DNA of 64,000 nucleotides, taken from positions 5,504,001-5,568,000 of the forward strand of contig OZ223209.1 in NCBI GenBank assembly GCA_965140415.1, read 5' to 3'. Positions 60,856-64,000 of the stretch are shown piece by piece (the stretch's first letter is position 1; the number at the start of each line of letters is the position of its first letter). This DNA is from Myxococcota bacterium. Lineage in GTDB: Bacteria; Myxococcota_A; SURF-8. The notes beneath the pieces are model-generated. The model had not been told where the DNA came from, made no database searches, and worked only from the letters and a program-made list of their open reading frames with translations. Made by a program: the position numbers and the translations under genes.

Positions 60856-61046
60856 TTTCCCCGAAAAACCTCTCCTCCTCGACATTTGAATATTCTCGAA
60901 AAATATTCACCCAATTTATTCATTTTTCCTTGCCTTTCATGTCCTGAATCGCCATAGTCTCGGATGGTTTGTGCCGCTGGATCACCTTAGTTCTTTGCCA
61001 GCCATTATCCTACACGCTCATCAACATGCTTTCTGGAGGTAGTCCC

Positions 61047-62252
61047 ATGCGTTCCAAGGAAATGATCGAACTGGAAAATCAGTATGTCGCTCCCAACTAC
61101 AAACCCCTCGATGTCGTTATCGAGAGTGGCCAAGGCGTTTGGGTCGTCGATGCCGAGGGCAATAAATACATGGATTTCCTGGCTGCCTATTCGGCGCTGA
61201 ACCAGGGTTACGTGCATCCGCGCATCAAAGAGGCCATGATCGAGCAGTTGCAGAAATGCACCCTGACCTCACGCGCCTTCCGTAACGATCAGCTTCCCTA
61301 CTACGCAAAAGAATTGTGCGAGTATACCGGCATGGAAATGATGCTGCCGATGAATTCCGGCGCAGAGGCGGTGGAAACGGCGTTAAAGAGCGCCCGCTTG
61401 TGGGGTGAAAAGGTCAAGGGCATCGCGCCGGGAAAATGCGAGATCATCGCCTGTAAAAACAATTTCCATGGTCGCACCATCGCGATCGTATCGTTTTCTT
61501 CCGACGAAGAATACCGCGAGGGTTTCGGCCCCTTCACACCGGGATTCAAAGTCATTCCTTACGGCGACATCCAGGCACTCAAAGACGCCATCACTCCCAA
61601 TACGGCGGCCTTTTTGTTCGAACCGATTCAGGGCGAAGCCGGTATCCTGATTCCTCCGACCGGTTTCTTGAAGCAGGTACGCGAAGTCTGCGACGAAAAC
61701 AACATGTTGATGATCGCCGACGAAATCCAGAGCGGCCTAGGGCGCACCGGGCGCGTGTTCGCCTGCGATTGGGAAGAAGTCAAACCGGATATGATCACCA
61801 TCGGCAAGGCGCTTTCCGCCGGATTCTATCCGATCTCGGCAGTCGTCGGTTCGCGTGCAGTGCTCAGCCTGTATCAACCGGGACAGCATGGCAGCACCTT
61901 CGGAGGAAATCCGCTGGCCTGCGCCATCGCCCGTGCAGCCCTGGACGTGCTGAAAGAGGAAAAACTGGTCGAGCGTTCCGCCGAGCTGGGAGAATACCTG
62001 GCCGGACGTCTGAACGAGTTGAACAGCAAACATGTTAAAGAGATTCGCGGTCGCGGCCTGTGGTTCGGCATCGAACTGCACCCGGAAGCGGGCGGCGCGC
62101 GCAAGTTCTGCGAGCAGTTGATGTCCATGGGGTTATTGTGCAAGGAAACGCACACCCACACCATCCGGTTGGCTCCGCCGTTGACGATCACCAAAGAGGA
62201 GATCGACTGGGCTTTGGAACGTATTTTCAAGGTCTTGGAACACCAGGGATAA
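61047..62252 (+). CDS. rocD: Ornithine--oxo-acid aminotransferase
   Basis: YMDFLAAYSA.NQG, LTSRAF, MNSGAEAVETA.K, EPIQGEAG, DEIQSGLGRTG, GKAL, HGSTFGGNPL. Confidence 0.95.
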   Translation: MRSKEMIELENQYVAPNYKPLDVVIESGQGVWVVDAEGNKYMDFLAAYSALNQGYVHPRIKEAMIEQLQKCTLTSRAFRNDQLPYYAKELCEYTGMEMMLPMNSGAEAVETALKSARLWGEKVKGIAPGKCEIIACKNNFHGRTIAIVSFSSDEEYREGFGPFTPGFKVIPYGDIQALKDAITPNTAAFLFEPIQGEAGILIPPTGFLKQVREVCDENNMLMIADEIQSGLGRTGRVFACDWEEVKPDMITIGKALSAGFYPISAVVGSRAVLSLYQPGQHGSTFGGNPLACAIARAALDVLKEEKLVERSAELGEYLAGRLNELNSKHVKEIRGRGLWFGIELHPEAGGARKFCEQLMSMGLLCKETHTHTIRLAPPLTITKEEIDWALERIFKVLEHQG

Positions 62253-62271
62253 CCTGATAGAAATACAAACT

Positions 62272-62313
62272 AAAAAAGGACCGGAAGCCAATACCTCCGG
62301 TCCTTCGTATTTT
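62272..62313. terminator. Bidirectional terminator-like hairpin between convergent genes
   Basis: AAGGACCGGA/TCCGGTCCTT stem, with an A-run on the left and a T-rich tail on the right. Confidence 0.7.
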
Positions 62314-62330
62314 ATGTGCCCGATGTGTTG

Positions 62331-63410
62331 CTATTTAGCACAGGCGGGATCGTCGTCGCAATCCCAATCGTCGCAGTCGGTAAAGCCATCGTTGTTGTCA
62401 TCGACACCGTTGGTACAACTGCTTTCCATACACGCCGGTTCTTCATCGCAATCGTAATCGTCGCAGTCGGTGTAGCCATCGTTGTCGTCATCGATACTAT
62501 TGGTGCAGTTACTCTCGATACAAGCCGGATCTTCGTCACAGTCGAAATCGGCACAATCGGTGAAACCGTCGTTATCATCATCGATGTTATTGGTGCAGCT
62601 ATCCTCGCCACAAGCGGGATCGTCGGTGCAATCGAAATCGTTGCAGTCGGTAAAGCCGTCATTGTCATCATCGATATTGTTGGTACAGTTGCTTTCCATG
62701 CAAGCCGGGTCGTCATCGCAATTGAAATCGTCACAATCGGTAAAACCATCCAAATCGTCATCGATGGTATTGTCACAGATCTCAACTACCGTGTCACCGT
62801 CGGGAGCGCTGTCGCCGTCGGGAGCCACGTCGCCGTCGGGAGTCGTGTCGCCATCGGGAGTCACGTCGCCGTCGGGAGCGGTGTCGCCATCGGGAGCGGT
62901 GTCGCCGTCGGGAGCGGTGTCGCCATCGGGAGCGGTGTCGCCGTCGGGAGCGGTGTCGCCGTCGGGAGCGGTGTCGCCGTCGGGAGCGGTGTCGCCGTCG
63001 GGAGTGATGTCGCCGTCGGGAGCAGTGTCGCCGTCGGGAGCGGTGTCGCCGTCGGGAGCCACGTCGCCATCGGGAGCGGTGTCGCCATCGGGAGCGGTGT
63101 CGCCGTCAGGAGCGGTGTCACCATCGGGAGCCGTGTCGCCATCAGCCGTATCACCGTCGGGAGCTGTATCACCGTCGGTCGTATCACCGTCAGGAGCCGT
63201 GTCGCCATCGGTCGTGTCACCATCGGGATTGGTGTCGCCATCGGGCTGGACATAGGGAATGTCACCGTCAGTGGTGGTATCACCATCGGTTTCCACTTCC
63301 GTATCACCATCGGTGTTATCAATGTTGTCCGTGTCTTCATCATCACCACAGGATGAAATGAACAGCGCCATTAACATCACCAATAACCAGCACGTCGTTT
63401 TCTTCAACAT
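62331..63410 (-). CDS. Acidic repeat lipoprotein (PDGDTA tandem repeats plus five 30-aa Cys/Asp repeats)
   Basis: AGGAGG RBS; lipobox ISSC; repeats visible in both protein and DNA. Confidence 0.88.
   Translation of the reverse strand: MLKKTTCWLLVMLMALFISSCGDDEDTDNIDNTDGDTEVETDGDTTTDGDIPYVQPDGDTNPDGDTTDGDTAPDGDTTDGDTAPDGDTADGDTAPDGDTAPDGDTAPDGDTAPDGDVAPDGDTAPDGDTAPDGDITPDGDTAPDGDTAPDGDTAPDGDTAPDGDTAPDGDTAPDGDTAPDGDVTPDGDTTPDGDVAPDGDSAPDGDTVVEICDNTIDDDLDGFTDCDDFNCDDDPACMESNCTNNIDDDNDGFTDCNDFDCTDDPACGEDSCTNNIDDDNDGFTDCADFDCDEDPACIESNCTNSIDDDNDGYTDCDDYDCDEEPACMESSCTNGVDDNNDGFTDCDDWDCDDDPACAK
62334..62783 (-). repeat. Five ~90-bp coding repeats (CxNxIDDDNDGFTDCxDxDCxxDPAC)
   Basis: Direct reading of the translation. 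Confidence 0.9.
62787..63246 (-). repeat. 18-bp coding minisatellite (19 contiguous PDGDxx units plus mixed 15/18-bp units)
   Basis: Tandem GTGTCGCC(G/A)TCGGGAGCG units on the + strand. Confidence 0.95.
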
Positions 63411-63643
63411 TCGTCTTCCTCCTTATAATATTGCCTTAGTGCAAATTTGGGGGGCTATCCTAAACAACACGATACCGCTTTTCAAGCATTAGTTTTCAGT
63501 TTTCTTCTTTTTTTGCTTATTTCCGCATAATGACGACATCTCGTTGATATTCCAAGTTTCCTCGATCATCACTTTCAAAATACCAGCGCTTTCCGTATAA
63601 TCGCAGCAGATCTGGCTAATAGCCCTGGGAAAGGATGGGGATC

Positions 63644-64000
63644 ATGAACAAACGAATCGCCTGCTGGATATGTGCGTTGTGGCTGCTACCTTTACTTGCC
63701 TACGCTCAGGAAACGACGTTGTCCTACGACGACGGCACCTGTGACGGCCACCTGCCGGATCTGTTGGTGGATTCACTGGAAGGGGCCATGTTCCTGGCTG
63801 AACATCCCGCCACGTTACAAGGCGTTCGCCTGATGTTCTTCGCAACCGGTCCGGTACAAATTCACGTTTGGGCCGATGGCGGCGGCAACGATCCGGATCG
63901 CGCCCAAGATCTGATTACGCCGATTGAAGTCAGCGTGGCCGAAGGCGAACAGAGCCAATGGCTCAGCTTCGATCTAACGGCATTGAATGTGGAACTGCCA
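63644..64000 (+). CDS. Secreted protein, N-terminal part only (runs off the window)
   Basis: ATG 63644 after a purine-rich RBS; frame open to the end; signal peptide ending AYA then QETTLSYDDG. Not listed in the supplied ORF track. Confidence 0.75.
   Translation, partial: MNKRIACWICALWLLPLLAYAQETTLSYDDGTCDGHLPDLLVDSLEGAMFLAEHPATLQGVRLMFFATGPVQIHVWADGGGNDPDRAQDLITPIEVSVAEGEQSQWLSFDLTALNVELP

Noticed and set aside
62787-63246. Tandem repeats as a CRISPR array
   Set aside because: The units are contiguous, in-frame coding repeats with no unique spacers, and there are no cas genes.

Overview
A 64-kb stretch of a bacterial chromosome of moderate to high GC. It is most consistent with a deltaproteobacterial, Myxococcota-like lineage. 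This is an inference from a MYXO-CTERM-type sorting tail, a CglD-like TSP3/VWA lipoprotein, the pilS-pilR-pilD-kinase gene order and an hsp20-lon pair. About 50 CDS are present. Housekeeping genes: rodA, add, uvrB, larB, lon, hsp20, rpmB, pilS/pilR/pilD, cheX, suhB, rocD. Other genes include a protease/LPP20/LpoB/COG3014 lipoprotein cluster upstream of rodA, several very acidic Cys-rich surface proteins sharing 'DGD' linkers, two GDPD lipoproteins, a Fic protein, a SMI1/KNR4-TPR protein and an HD-domain dNTPase-like protein. I found no rRNA, tRNA, CRISPR array, integrase, transposase or reverse transcriptase. The most unusual items are: (1) a compact phage-type switch at 26.6-29.0 kb (Xre repressor plus ImmA/IrrE metallopeptidase, divergent from a Zn-finger, a sigma4-like and an excisionase-like ORF) with no phage structural or integrase genes nearby; (2) a dispersed ~180-bp non-coding element in four copies with a 101-bp four-helix cloverleaf core, two of which bracket a tetR + hydrolase pair in inverted orientation; (3) dense REP-like palindrome mosaics in intergenic regions; (4) a ~140-nt structured non-coding stretch at 26.1 kb. 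All calls come from reading motifs by eye; no database searches were run.
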